Below are positions 33,801 through 48,800 of a stretch of 64,000 nucleotides of DNA, in pieces (the stretch's first letter is position 1; every line of letters starts with the position of its first letter). The translations under genes and the position numbers were made by a program. The stretch is from Phoronis australis (Eukaryota; Animalia; Phoronida). The notes beneath the pieces are model-generated. The model was given only the letters and a program-made list of their open reading frames with translations, was not told the origin of the DNA and ran no database searches. The stretch is from assembly GCA_002633005.1 (NCBI GenBank), contig NMRA01000529.1:62001-126000 (forward strand), read 5' to 3'.

Positions 33801-36800
33801 ACACCAATGGCACCATCTAGAGCCAAGTGACACTCCATCATTTTAGAATTACCGTGAAGTCGCAAATGAGCTTCATTCTATAACGCTTGAATAAAAAAGG
33901 CTGTACAAAATGTATTTGACAGGGATCTCAAGGCTACTCACACATTGAAACGAGTCAAGTAGGCCAACTCGGAGGCAGATGTCTAGGTACAATTGAACTA
34001 CATGTAGCAGTGCCACTGTTTACTATTTCACACGGTTGGACATCCTACCCATAGTTTCATTTTCTAGATAGTCTTCTGCGGCGTGCACCCTCTCAAGTTC
34101 AAAACTCTCATAGTTCCGTGTTCCTAAGTGAACGCAGTTTTGCCAGTGTCAGATAAATTGTTTTGACTTCTTCATATCTTTAGAATGACCACCACCTATG
34201 GCGACGAGAGATCACCGGCAACGTGGGGGGGGGTTGGGGTTGCGGGTCCCTGTTGGTGAGGACACCGGTGAGGAACATAATTTTACACAAGGGCCGCGAT
34301 AATCTTAGCTGCACAACGCGCGCTTTTAACGCTGATTAGAAATATATCTACATGTACATCTACATGTATTATGCTGACATTGCAATGCTTAAGCGATAGT
34401 CAGTGCTGAAATGCGCTTCAAAGGGGATGGTTTGTACCATGACTATACATCTTACATTGTACGGTTACAGGTTCCCAAGACCCATTCTTAGAATATCTGA
34501 AGATAATGAGAAGTGAGATCTCCCATCTGAATGAATCTGCCAAGTTTCAAGCAGGCCATCAAGTCGACGATTTTATACTTGGTTGCTCCTATAAAGGATA
34601 CGAGTGCTACTTCGAGTAAGGCAAAACGTAAATATAATCGCAAATATCCAATCAATAGATTTGAAGCCTCAAACAGAGTCATCTTTAAAAACCAGTATTT
34701 TGGTTTATTTTCTGACCTAGGACCCTCTGATCACAGCAAGTTAACATTTCTAATAGGACCGCCTCGGTTTACTCGGCGAAGCTCGTATATCACCGTGTTT
34801 TTGCGGAAGACTGTACTTCTGTGGCCTCGTATCCGGGTCATTAAGTTCCTCATGCTCTTTGCTGTTGTCGCATTATTTATACGTTTTTCTCGGTTGCAAT
34901 ACTTTATTGGTCCTTCCAATGCAAACTACGAATTACTGCAATGGTGTTGGATGCAAGTTCAACGTGAGAAAGTTGGATAAACTTGACAAATACACGTGGA
35001 TGCGTAATGTTACGGTCTTCAAAGATCAAAATGCGGAGCGAACGAAGGAATATTTTTGATCCGAACAGAATCCCATTTTTTAAAATGGCTTTTTCAATTC
35101 CGCAATTTTTAACGGCTAAAATCAGAAATAGTTGCACGGCCATACACCTGATTTCCGACATGACCTGTGAAAAAGGGTCTAACATCCAAAACGACGCCAA
35201 TGAAAAACAACACGCTTTCTTGTACCTTCGTGACAAAGGAGAGCTCTATCGTAATGTAATCCGGACGACCCTACATGTATTACACATGGTGTCGTTATAT
35301 GTGGACTAAGACTATTAATTGATTTGTTGCCGTTAGCCAGATCTATTAGTTTGCGATTCGGACTTGACCTCAATACGTGATACTTTGGTACAATCAGTGT
35401 GTCAGTTCCACATCACTAATAAAACCTACGGACGGTTAGAAGCCACTGCTATTATTCAGTAAGCTCGAAGTATATTATTCTGGTAGAAAATCCCTTGTTT
35501 TCTCTGGGCATGTGCAAATTTGTGGCACTTCAACATAGTAGTCAATTTTGCTATTTTCTCGACTCATCCGCAACAGTTCAGACTTGTCGAAGCCATTTCT
35601 GCATTAGACTACAAAACCAGATCTGTAAGTTAGAGTTAAGACGTTTGAAACAATAAATTAAAAACTCAGTTAACTTTTAACAATCATTTTTAGATTTGTG
35701 GCAGCAACAGCACAGAAAGTCCCACTAGTGTCCAACTTGAAGTGACCTTAACCTTTGTAGGATGATTTTTGAGGTCGGTTCCCATAAAAATATTCTTCCC
35801 AAACAATTATTTACTTAACAATGTACATAAGACTGTATGAGCTATTTATATTGTCATGGACATGTTTAGAAATCTATGATATTGTTATGGTTATATTTTG
35901 GAGAAAAACTCCAAACAGGATAATAAAACATTTTTGTTTGCGTTGTGGCACAATATGTTCAGAGTGATCCACAACTGAAACACGAGCCGTTTAACACTGA
36001 TTTGTAATTACTTGGTGTTACCTCTTAAATTGTACATTACCTGCGAGGTGATTCCAGACGGGCAACGGCTGCTACTCCGACAGGTTCGTTTCAGAAGCAA
36101 GTGCATCTGGCTAATTAAAATGGGTGGCGCTGATAAGACAGTGGTCACAGCGGATTAAGTTGCGACACAGGCACCCAAGACACTAGTCTGTGACTTCATT
36201 CCAAGCGTTATGGTGTTTAATAAAAGCTCTCTCACACAACTGCATTATTCAGTCGTCCATTTTGATAAATTAATGCCCGGGCTTACTACTCGTGTGATTT
36301 TGTGTAATCTCTCTGAAGTTGCAAAAGCATCTCATTTCGGAAATCGCCACTGTATAAAACATGCAGTGTACATTCAGGCAATTAAAAGCGTGGAACCCTT
36401 ATTCAAGAAAAGCTCCCTCCCCCAAAGTTTTTCGATTTGTGTCCTCTGAGTTTTTAGCTGCTTACGTTTTTTAATTCCACTGGGTGGCTTTCTTGTGCTT
36501 TGGATTACGTACATCTCAAAATATTTGGCAATGTGACTTCTGATAAGCTTTCTGCAATGAGGGTTTTTCTTCCCACAGTCAATTCAGTTGTTAATTGTAT
36601 TTCTAAACTATCTCTACGCCCTACCGCCGAGATTATGGAATCCTTCTTGCCTCCTTATGCTCGGTCACAGTGACTAGTGTGATGTCTGATGAACCTTTAA
36701 CGTCTACACAACTGACTTGAAAAGGAACAACGGACATTACTTCAGTGAACTAACTACCTTACGTATACAAGCGACATCTATCGTTTTCAAACCTGCCTTT

Positions 36801-39800
36801 GTTGACTTACTGGCAAGGCATAACTAAAGACTTCCATGTTATTTGATAAAGGCATGGCGATCAAAAGTTCAAAACGTTTCTCAATTGTAGCGACATTATA
36901 CAGTTCTTCGATTCGAAGTACGGCAACTGCTACTCGTTTAACGGTGATGGAGATGAGGAAAAAGATTACATGAAAGCGTACTCTACCGGTCCAGAACATG
37001 GTACGTTCTTTGATGGTTCGGTACGAATGTTTAATACGCGTGTCCCCAAGTATGGTAAATTTTTCTCATTTTGATTTTTTAATATCTGATATCTGAATGT
37101 TCGTAAAACCTTTGAAGAACACACTGTAGACATGAGACATGTTTCACGTCTTGTTGCATAGTTTGTACATCGTTTAGGCCTGACACTGATATTGAACATT
37201 GAACAAAACGAGTACCTGCCTTTCACCCAAGAGGCTGGAGTTCGGATGGTGGTACATAACGATACAGTCATGCCCTTCCCGGCTGACGAAGGAGTTAATT
37301 TGGAGCCAGGCAAACAGACTATGGTTGGCATTAGACAGGTACATTATATTTCGATGACTTTATTAATTAAGCCGTGCATCATCTTAATAGAACCTCAGGC
37401 TGAGCTTAAACTTATGCTTGCTCCTTCAATAACCATTGCTCGATTGCTATCAAAAATGGCTGCTCTAAAATAATGAGAACGTGTGCTAACTTGCCAGCAA
37501 ATTTATGCAAGATTATTTTATTTAGAATTTGAATGCTCTCACAATGGATATTATACGGCCTACTACAAAGGGTCAGAAGTATCCTAAACCTATTGTTTGA
37601 TGGACAAATTGTGAAGACTCAGTTGCGGAGTAAAACGAGCCCTGTACAATCAAAACCTATAGTAGGAAAATATTAAGGGTTTTACACCAACTGTCAAAAT
37701 AAAGAGGTCAACATTGAAATTTGTCGACGTTTCAGTGGACAGAAGTGCTACTACACTCAGTACATATCATTTTGCGTTTTATCAGGTATGTTTCTGTTTT
37801 ATTCATTTGTATCGCTATACTAAGGCTTTCTTTGCGTGTCTAGATTCAAATCTCGAGGATAGGACATCCTCATGGAGAATGCATAGATCCTGCCAAGAAT
37901 AGCTTCAACCGTAGTGCTTACCAGGAATTATTCAACAAGCAATATTCGCACCAGGTATAACTTGGATATAATGGAACCAAAAGTGGAAACGAGTTTTAAC
38001 TTGTTACTGTTATCCGGGGTCACATTCCGTGTAGATAAAACACTTGCTTGTAAAACGAACTTGTTATCACTTGCTTCACTTGTACTGTACTGCACGGCAA
38101 TATGCATGTAACGTGAAGATTTGCTTGATGATGCTTTTCTCACAAAAACTAGCTCTGCTGAACGAAGACGTTTTTTGCTTATTCTCTTTAGTTATTAAGT
38201 TATTGATATATGAGTTCTTCCCGTTTAACTTCGCAATTGTATATGTGTCATATCAGATAAGGCAGTCGAATAAAAAACTATTCGGACCTTACTCCCTGAT
38301 TGCCGCTGAAAATTTTCTTATGAAACTTGGAAGCAAAAGCAATGGCATATCTAAGGAAGTCGAGTTCAGTAAGTGTTTCATTTCAAGTGGTTCCACGTGA
38401 TAACCGCCAATTCAAAGCTCAGCATGATTATCATGATATCGACCTGCCTGTCATGAACAATCAAAAGGTTACTTATTGATCTGCTGAAATTGGAATAATG
38501 CTCCATTGTACACTGTACATTGTACCTCGTCACTCTTCGTATTTCATCATGCTCGGTGTAAAACTCGAAGGATCGGAGGTTGCAGACGTCGCATTCTACG
38601 GCTGCTTCTAGGTCATGTCTCACAGTCACAAAACGTGTTGATTCCGTGCATCTGTGCGTCTCGAACTCTTAGTCAGCAGAATTATGATTTGGCGCCACAA
38701 GGGAGTGGCGGCTGGTTACATCCCGAAGTACAAACTGTCGTGACAACGTCATTTTTTGGTTATGCCTGTTGTATGCCTCAAATCGCCCAGTGCTCTCCGG
38801 CCTCACTACGAAGAAAGCCAATTCAAAAGGAGTTATTCGAGTGCAGGACATGCAGCAAATAACACCAAGTAATCATGTTAAAGTTGTTGGCTTTCTATTA
38901 TTACCTAAGTTTTATCACTGTACGGGTATTATGCAAACGTTGCATAGTTTTTGTGACTGAGCCTTAAGTCTGTTATTTTGGTTTACACTTCATGAAACGA
39001 CAGAAAGATAGTTCGGTCGAAATTTATGCCTAAATAATTCGCATCCTACGCAATTACAAATACTTTCAAACGTAACTGAGTTTAATATAATTTGGTAGTG
39101 TAACTTTAATTTTTCGTGGTGCAGCATAATTTAAAATGACCTCCACTTAGAGTGACACCTGACTCATGCATTATGGGAACTCACTCAACAGTCGCTTTAT
39201 GTAAAGAGGCTTCCGAGGAAAGTCCACATTTTAGCATACTTTAAATGAATTAATGGTAAAATAAGTCGAACCCAAAGAGTTTTGAAACTTACGGAATGTT
39301 TATATTTTATTGATATCTTTCGTCTTACGAAACTAATCCTGTGTTTTAAATTGATGAATACCTTTAAGAACGCCAACTCTCTTTGTTTCAGGCGTGCAAG
39401 AAGAGCTGTTACCAGGACGCCATTGTCAACAGATGTGGATGTTTTAATCCTAATTATCCAACCTCCACTAAAGTACCATTCACTCTCCATGCATGTAATT
39501 ACGGGAATAGTCAGGATGGTAAGGTCTTTGCTTATTAGGTCTTACAGTTAACAAGGTTTACATGCGCACTGACAAACTGTTTTCCGCCATTTAACTGTCA
39601 TTCCACGAGAGCATCAAAAGGTTGACTCAGATCTTGAAAAATATTGCATCTACATGCATCCTGGTGAGATATGTTTAAAATGTTTATTCTAATATTTTAG
39701 TGCCATTATTTTTTATTATGGCCTAAAAAGGACGAGCTAATGAAGTCGTTTTACGATGGCTTAAAAGATCGGGAAAGAAAAAAGAAACTGCTTAATTTTT

Positions 39801-42800
39801 AAGTAGACAATGAACCTCGCTATCAGAAGGCAGTCTTTGAAGATTCAAATAGGGTCTCTCTCAGTCTTTCCTGGACTGCCAAAATTCTGTAAATTTTGTA
39901 TTTTATATATAACAAAAATTCAGATGCTCTGCGGGCCAAGTTTCGGGGCGCTGGTGATTTCCAATAACATTTTTCATCTGTTTGCTGTCTGACAAAAATA
40001 AAAAAACTGGGAGTTATTCCAAGATTTCTGCTTATCGAAAGCCCTCTCAAACCGACCAATGCCAGAATATCGTTCAAACCACCCTGTACAGCAAAAACGC
40101 TCAGTCTTACGCACCGTCATCAACAGAGTAAATAATTATGTTACACTTGACCGAGACTGCAGGGGTGAGATTCTTTCACTTCCAATAATTGTGGACGCTG
40201 GGCACACACCCTTCCACTACACCGACATAATCACGATCAGAACACTGAGAGGACTGAGCTCAGACAGCCATACATATCCACTCCGTACCTCACGAATCTT
40301 TCTGAACAACTGCCATGCACCTTCAAATCAAATGGCGTTAAGACGTTTTTCCAACCGATCCACACCACCCGGAAAAGTTTGTTCACCCATAGAACCCTAC
40401 ACACACTGACAAGAAATCTTACGTTGTGTACCAGCTGTCATGCAAAGAGGACCCCATCCGTCAGTACATAGGAGAAACTAAGCGCACGCTAAGCACAAAA
40501 CTTGACAGGATCGCAGGCGTAGGGGAGTATACTCTCAACACTGTACTTGCCATCGAAAAGTGTAACGCCAGAATCATTGCCAGAGAGGAACAAGGTTTAA
40601 GGAAGGTCAAGGAGGGGCACAGAACTGTTTTAATAGGGGTTTGCCAATCAGTACACACTTCAATGGACTCGTCACCCTGTCTTCACTCTGTCAAAAAAGC
40701 ATGCAAAGAACGAAATGCTTTGAGTTATTTCACATTACAAGCCCTAGAGATGAGCACAGAAACGTTATTATCTCATGCATTTTTGACCCTTTCACTTCTA
40801 CTGAAAAGCAAGGTACATGTAAGCTAAGACAAAAGCCACCGAAAACGCAAAATCAGCAATTTTCACTCCAGAACCACCACTTCCCTGCCGATGCTCGACT
40901 AAAGTCAACATTAGATTCTGAAAGAAAATTTCCCAACGAGTCCAAAAATGTAGTCCATAATCACTGTCAAGCAACTATCCGGCTTGTTTCAGGGCCACCT
41001 GTAATCGCAGCCAATTTCTCAGACGCTATCTAGCAATGCACAATTGCAACAGCGGGCCGCCATCTTGAAAGAGTGCATATACAGCCGAGCAAGTGGTCCT
41101 TTTTCATTCTAACCGTGTTCACAAATACAAGCAAAACCCCATTCACTTGGCCTACGTCATACAATACCTAAATAAAATGCACTCAAGCCTGGCCTACATG
41201 TATTCCCCTTAGATTTTAATATTTCTAGCGTGCCGCCTAGAACTGGATGCCCCAATTTGAACAGGGATCAAATGATTACAGCTCCCAGCGGTGTACATGT
41301 ACGCATTGACTCAGTGGATCCTCGTGTCTTGTTATGTGCTAAAACTCAAACGTATTTCTTCAAGCCTTGCCATTTCTTCCGCTAAATGGAATTGAGATTA
41401 AGTAAAATTTATGTAAACAATTTAGCACAGTTGAAGAGCTTCAAATTGCTAAACGAAGTGATTTTTTTTCTTTAAGCTGTTTTTTTTTGTGTACAAAGCG
41501 ACTTAAATATAAATTATTACATGGCGAAGTCGTTATCCCCCGTTATCTAGAGCCCGAGTGGATTTTGGAGAATTATCGCCCGAGGGGCGTTTGTCCCGAA
41601 GGTGATAATTCTCCAAAATCCACGAATTAAGATATCACTTTTATGGAAATTTTGTGTCTTATTTTTCGTAGCGTATAAGTACAGTACAATGCGGTTTGTT
41701 GAACGTGCGATTGTTGCGCGTGCTCATTTAAGTATTCTGTTTTCACTCTTGATGACGTCAGTCGCTACATGGTGCAGTCGGCGACCAGCAATTTCAGGTC
41801 CCGGGTTCGACTCCGTCCTCGGTTTCCCGCCAAATCGTTATCTCACTAGTGAGATAACGTTATTGGTTATCACACGGTTGTATCTGCCATTTGACGCTAA
41901 TATTGTGGTATAAAACTTAGTATTTTTGCATTTTCAGAAGAATGTGATGCCGACATTACGTCAGAAATTATAGACGGCGTTATCAACTGCGACTGTCCTC
42001 TCTCTTGCTCGTGAGTAAAAGCATACAGAATAAGCGGCACTGTACAGTTATCGCCTATTAGATTGGCATGCATGTTCACACGTCCACCCTGTCGAAAACT
42101 GTACTCAAAGTATGAAATGATGCACCCAATTTCTTTTTAAAAACGACACCCCTGTGGAACTATGCAGTACCGCTTAAGGGCAGTCATGGAAATACACAAA
42201 ACGTACCGATAGGAGCATACATGTGTAGACGAAGTAATATCCCACGAGAAAAAAAGGTCGATATCGATACCCGGACTATGGTAGAGTGGATATTAGTTCA
42301 TCTACGGCAATCGAGGTACGTTGTGTATTTATCTCATACGCTTCGAATTCCTACGTTTCATTCTTTTTTTTTCGGCAGATTTTTTAAATACTTCACTCAG
42401 ACTGTTCACGTGGCGGATCACATCCTATATGAATGTACTCGCGCGTTAGGTTGCAAGTTTTCTCTAGTAAAAGAAACAGTTTTAAGTGTAATGTAACTTG
42501 AAAAAAGATAAGAAAGATAAAAGCAACGGTAACTGTGCATTGAACTTGTAACATCTCCGGAAAATAGTTAAATAACAACAATATTTGATATTGTAGTTAC
42601 CAAGGAATCGGCACCTGAGATGCAGACGATATAATATTTATCAATTGAAAACTGAGACACAACTGTCGACATATAATTAAAAGTCCTGTTTCGGATGTTA
42701 CGATTGGGACGTGTTTGCATGCTGAGTGTTACTTGCACTGCTGCAATCACATTACTTCAAACTATTTTCGGAAAGTTTGATAATAGAACCGGCTAACGAC

Positions 42801-45800
42801 GTCGACTCGACAATGACCTACCTTTTGAACTTTTTTGTCAGAAGTCACTGTTGAATTAAGTATTGCTGGGGTGAATACGGAAAACAATATCACGTGGCCG
42901 TATTGCACTCAACTGATTCAACGCATATGGGGTAAAAATGATACCAGTCATGCGACGTCAGAATATTCAAATAGGAAGACATTTTCGGTTTTAATGCCTT
43001 TAAAAACTCATATCTACATGTATGCCTCTATATATATATGCATATTTCCATCTTCTCAGCCGGGTCGTCCGGCGTCCGGGTGTGCGTGGTTCGGGGTCCT
43101 CTGCTGTAGCTCCTGCAGACGTGTTTCTATAAAAGTGAGCGCGATTGACAAACAGTTTCGGAGTAATCCAACTATAGTGTAGCGCTGCGCTAGTGCGAAT
43201 TTTAGTTGGTTGTCTTTTTATCATTTTCGGAGCTAATGACGGGATTTTGTATCTAATTCTGAAAATATCAATGAGTCGAAGAAGCCTCGTCGTTTTTGAA
43301 CGAATTTTGACGAGCTCTTCTCCATCGAGTGACAATTTTCATTACTTTAGAGTCCGTTTGTTGGCGTTTGCCTCGCTATCTGTCAAACTGCTCAAAGGAC
43401 CGTTCTGATTTCCTTCTGAGAAAACCAGACACAAATGACGTTGATATACGGACGTGTCCGACTACTTCAGCAACCCCTAGTGACCGGTTTTGCTATTTTT
43501 GCGTCAATATATCACCTTACGTATGTATTTATCGTTGTGAAATATAGTGTTTCCCAATGAGTTTGACGACTGATCAGCAAGACGTTAAGACGGATCCAAC
43601 TACCGTTGTGACCCCCAGTGGCATTATTTTACAGTTGCTTCTGTATCTTTGAAGTTTTTTGACACATTTTCACGATGAGCGCGAAGTTGAAAGTTAAGAA
43701 TTGTTGACATTTTAGTGACATCTGTCCACTGATGGAACTCATCATACGACATAAATTGGTGAACGTAAAGGATCGTGTATCTTTAAATTCCTTTAAAAAT
43801 GTTTTCCATTTAGCAGTTGGGGCTCATCTCCATTAAAACCACAACACTTTCAGCGCTGAGGTCATGTCCGCCTCGAGACTGATCTAACTTAATATTATTC
43901 CCACTGTCACCTTTGCCTGTTGGCTAAAGAAAAACCATTGTACTTTCAAATGACAGCCCCTATATTATTCAAATGTTCTTGACTGGACGTAAGGTCAGTG
44001 CTCAGGTATCTCGAAATGGACACAAACAGTTTTTCGTCTGTATTGGAACTTCGTGGCTTACCTTTTGATTACCGGGTTTTTGTACATGTAACTCTGTGAA
44101 AGATGAATGTTCAAATCGCAGTGTGTGCCCGGAATTGCTGAGAAAGTATTCACCTCTCCGTTTGGGTTATTTTTGGCCATCAGTGATCGTTCAGGAATTG
44201 TTCAGTTACCAATCCTTATTATTAAAAGTTTAGATGCTATTTCTGTTTCAGTCTAGTCAAAACTTAAAATCTAGATTTTACGAGAAACAGTTCAGTTGTA
44301 ATTTAATTAAAAATGATACTCTTCTGATTCATTATCAATGCAATTCCCAAAAAATTGTAATTTTGAGTGTAAAACCTTAAGTTATATGTGCTGCCACAAC
44401 TCAGTGAACTGAACTTTAACTTCCAGTATGAATTGCGAAAAATGGACGGCAGAATATGCAGCCATGATATGTAACAATATACTTATGCTTTCAGTGAGTC
44501 AGCTTATGACCTTACAATATCGACGTCACAGTGGCCATCAGATGCATACAAGGTACTGTATATCTTCCCACATCACATCGCATCATTTCTTTAGTACAAC
44601 TCGTTATCAATTCTTCCCGTCCCTAACCAATAATGCCTTGGCCATCATATTCCTTTTTCGCGCTCAAAACCCCTTTCAATGATCCCACATCTTTATTAAA
44701 ATGTACTTGTTTTACGTGGCAAGTCCCAATTGGCTTGAATATTGAAGTCGCCGGGCTGTGTTGGGTGACGTAAGACAATGACAAGTCATTCCCTTTCGTT
44801 CTGCTCAATTCTAATCACCACGCCGTCATCAACCAAGCTCATCATTTAACAGTTTTACATCGCTGCTGCCGGGCAGCGTTCTGTAACGTAGGACCCTTGT
44901 CATACATTTGTGCTAACGAAAATTTGACTAAGCAGAGCTTGAAATCAAACACATTCGGTATAATATTCGTCAATATACGGAGGACGCTTGAGTTCACTGG
45001 TACAAATAAAAGGACAATGGTGCGCAAGGAATTTCCCAATAAATCCTACACTCCTCTTTCTAACAAGCAGTAGAATTTTTTTCTCCAGCATAACGCGATG
45101 AATAAAGATACATGGAAGACTGAAAACTTTTTGCCTTTTCTGTGGGCGTTCACCAGTATTTCAACTTTTGGTGACCAATAAATCTTCGGCAACTTTTTAT
45201 TGCTTGATACTCTGAACTTGCCTTGATTCTACGGAACATCTTTCTTAACCAATCATGCCATTTTCATGTTAAGTTCATGATTATTAAATGAACAGGTTTT
45301 CAAAGTTATGTTTTCGCAGCTCTGGAACTCAGTGAATTTTTTGCGGGTTACCCAGGTGTGATGCTTCACGCATTGAGAGATTAATCGGCTACACGTATTT
45401 ATGCATGTGTCATAAAACGCACGCGTTAAATTTGAATGTTTCATGGTGTATACTAGTTGTGCCAAATCAAGGTCATGCTCCTAAACTGACAACATACATG
45501 TATTTGATGGGACTTTGTTATTTTGATCGCTTAAAGACGAATGCAACCTTTTTTCATGTCAATTTGAGCTAAAATAAGGTTGGTTGGTTATCCTAGACAT
45601 ATTTACCACTTAATTACAGCTTTTCGTAATTTTATTAATTACTCGTCCTCTACTCCGGAAGTGACGTTTTACGAGGCAAGCGTTTCCGGCCACTTGGTTT
45701 TGCGTTGAGTTTACCGTGCGAATCTGTTCTATTCTACTTTTGTTTTGTGCTGTTTTTCAACAATTGTCTCCACCACTTTCCTTCGGCGAGTATTCTGCGG

Positions 45801-48800
45801 CAAGATAGGTTAGTAGAGAACTCAACTACGTTGGATTTAGGGATTGTTTAGTGTGTTATAAGCTGAAAATGGCTGGAGTCGGTGACCCGTATCACAGTGA
45901 CAGTAGTGTGAGTGACGGAGACCTTGTTCACAGCAGTGGTGACGGGGAATTTTTTCACGGACATTCAGTGGGTGAGTACATGTTTGAGCCCGAGTATAAC
46001 GAGGCAGAGTACGCACAGGCACAGGCAGCTGTTGAGAGAAACGAAGCGGCTACTGAGGACAGACGTGGTGACACATCTTGGTGCAAATGCACTGTGTGCG
46101 TTGTTATGCCTACCTCAATAGAATGCTTGTGCTGTTCAGAGTTCGACGAGGCCAAGCCACTACTGGACACGGTTAAGTGGACCTCCGGCATACCACGCAC
46201 AGAGGAACAACTGTCCCACTTGCCATAGTGTCACGCGACACACTCCCACTGGATGGTGACCTGAGCACCCAAACTGCTTACATCGAACAATGACTGACTC
46301 GGCAGCTCTCACAGTCAGATTATATGAAAAGAAATTGGCGCGAAATGCTTGCCTCCTAAAACGTCACTTCCGGAGTAGCGGATGAATAATTAACAAAATT
46401 ACGAAAAGCTGTAATTAAGTGGAAAATGTGTCTAGGATAACCAACCAACCTTATTTTAGCTCAAAATGACATGAAAAAAGGTTGCCTTCGCCTTTAAGGC
46501 GTCTGTTGTGACAAACATTGTCCACTCGACGCATATTGTGGCCCGGGCGTGCTGACCAGACTTAAAGAATATTTGTGATTCTTAAAGGTACTTTGGTGTA
46601 AAATCCTATAAATGTGTAAAAATTTGGGGAAATCCATAATACTGTATCTCCAAAATGACTAGTCATATGATTGGAACGGAATTTTCAGATACTATACTCT
46701 ATGCTAGATATTGTTTTTATTTCATATATGTGATTATAAGAGCATTCAATAGGTCATGATATTTACTGTGAAATAGGGGAAAGTAGAGCCATTCTGAATA
46801 CATCGGTAGAGGCCGTATTTTACGGTTGGTGTGCAGTAAATTAGCATGTATGACCCCAAATTTGATTGGGCTCGTTCATTTGGGTTAGCTAAAACATTGA
46901 CTCAAAGGGTGGTTTCTGAAGAAAGAGTTTTGATGCTATAAACTTTCGGTCTCGTTGGGACAATTTGAGATAAAATGAATTCTTGATAAGACCTGGCAGT
47001 AGTATTCCAATGTATGTGGGATAACCTAGTACGTAAAATCTTGTATTTGGCATCACAAGCTAACAAAGTAGGACTTCATGCATTTTTGTGAACAAACTCA
47101 ATCGTTGTATCAAACAAAATTGATAATTCAGAAAACTGGATTTGAGATTTCAGCTTGAACATTTAGATCAAACGAAATTGTGTGATGGTAATATTATTGG
47201 CGTTGTATTTCTGCATGAAGTATATTTCCTTTTTAACAGATTTTTAAAAAAAAGATATGGTCACATGACCTAATTGATAGCATTCGTTATCAAGTTGAAA
47301 TCAAATTGTAGTTTTCTAGTATAAGAAAATACTACACAGATTTAAATTGAAACCTACAGTTAGAAACATGTTTATTCCAGGACGCCCTTTTCGGTAAGCT
47401 GACAGCGCTTAATTTCAGCAAAGTACTGGACATTCTCCAGAACCATGGCGATAAAAATGTATACAAGAGGAATTTCCTGAAGGTGTCGGTCTATTTTGAA
47501 GATCTTAATTATGAAGAGATCAGACAATCCCCAGCATACACGGTAAGAAGCCACAGACATATGCTTAGAGTTGTGAGAGTTGGTGTGGAAGCGAAGGTTT
47601 CTTTTTTAGTCGGAGTGCCACATCAAATGTCAGGACATGAAGTCTGTGCGACGTGCTGGGATGATTCTGATAGTTTCTGAGGGAAAGTTAGGAATTTGTG
47701 ACATAACACGCTAGATTTAGGGTTTCCCAGAAATTGATTATGGCAGACACTACGACTGTCACCCCATAGCTGCATGGAGAAAGTTTGTGGCGTGGCATAG
47801 GTTTCTGGTAGATGTTTCATCTTAGCGTTGATTCTCGGAGATTTGAGAAATGCAAGGCGGCTTACTCTGCATGTATCATCGAAAAAAAGACAGGAATTAG
47901 TGGCAGTTGGGGTCTTCCCACAAATCTTGAAGTAAATGCGACTCGAGTAATTGTTTCTACAAAGCCTTCAGGCCAAGCACCTGCCCCATGAGGAGTTACC
48001 CTAGACGCGAAATCATGGAGGCTTGATAAGTCTAAATATTGAGCCAAATAAGTACAAATTTTTACAATTAAACTCAGTGAAAGGAAATTCTTAGTGAAAG
48101 TGAAAAGCTAAATTAGGCTTTTGCTTTACTCTAGTCTGACGTTATTAGGATAACGTGACCTTTTGTTGTTCTTGCCAAAAGGTGTCTCTAACATAACCAA
48201 AACGTATTCATCGTCCCCGAAAAATCTCACTGCACTTATCATTTCTTGCCAATTCCAAAGTGCAATTCACAGTTTCTAATTTCTCTGTGCTGTTGTGGAA
48301 CATTTCAAGAATGACTATATTGCTACAGAGAGTATTGTACAAAGCCTGTAACTGAAAGTTCCTACTGAATCTGAACAGCCAATGATGTGACGAGATTTTC
48401 CATAATTTGTAAAATTTGACATGTTTCTAGTGCTGCACAAAACCTTCAGTCAGTAATTTGGTGTTTAATTACTCACCACTGAAATGAAACTGTTTGCACA
48501 ACCAAATTTACCAATAACAAACGCAAAGCACCAAATTACCTTAAATGTTTATTTATGTTTTCTGAAGCTTTGCACTTTGCTTAATTAAGAATACATTTTT
48601 AGAAATAGTCGTGTGAAGCGTGATTATTGAGCGTCTCATTGCATTACGTATATTTTTCCGAATATCTCATTACAGACGAGTTCTTTGATATCAGATCTTG
48701 GAGGTTCCGTTGGCCTGTGGATAGGATGGAGCGTCATAACTATCATAGAACTACTAGAGTTTGTGTCTGACGTCATCGTCTTCAGTTGCAGAAAAAAGTC

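Noticed and set aside
34531-35373. Cluster of overlapping ORFs
   Set aside because: The first is an alternative frame of exon 3; the others show no recognisable motif.
42175-43796. TTAA-flanked DNA transposon
   Set aside because: Only a few terminal bases match; no convincing TIR or transposase.
45851-46228. Host P2X7-like gene
   Set aside because: Lies between transposon TIRs, is truncated and has no P2X channel domain.
47620-48050. DIRS/tyrosine-recombinase remnant
   Set aside because: Only a vague LHDF/TPH resemblance; catalytic motif spacing not recoverable.
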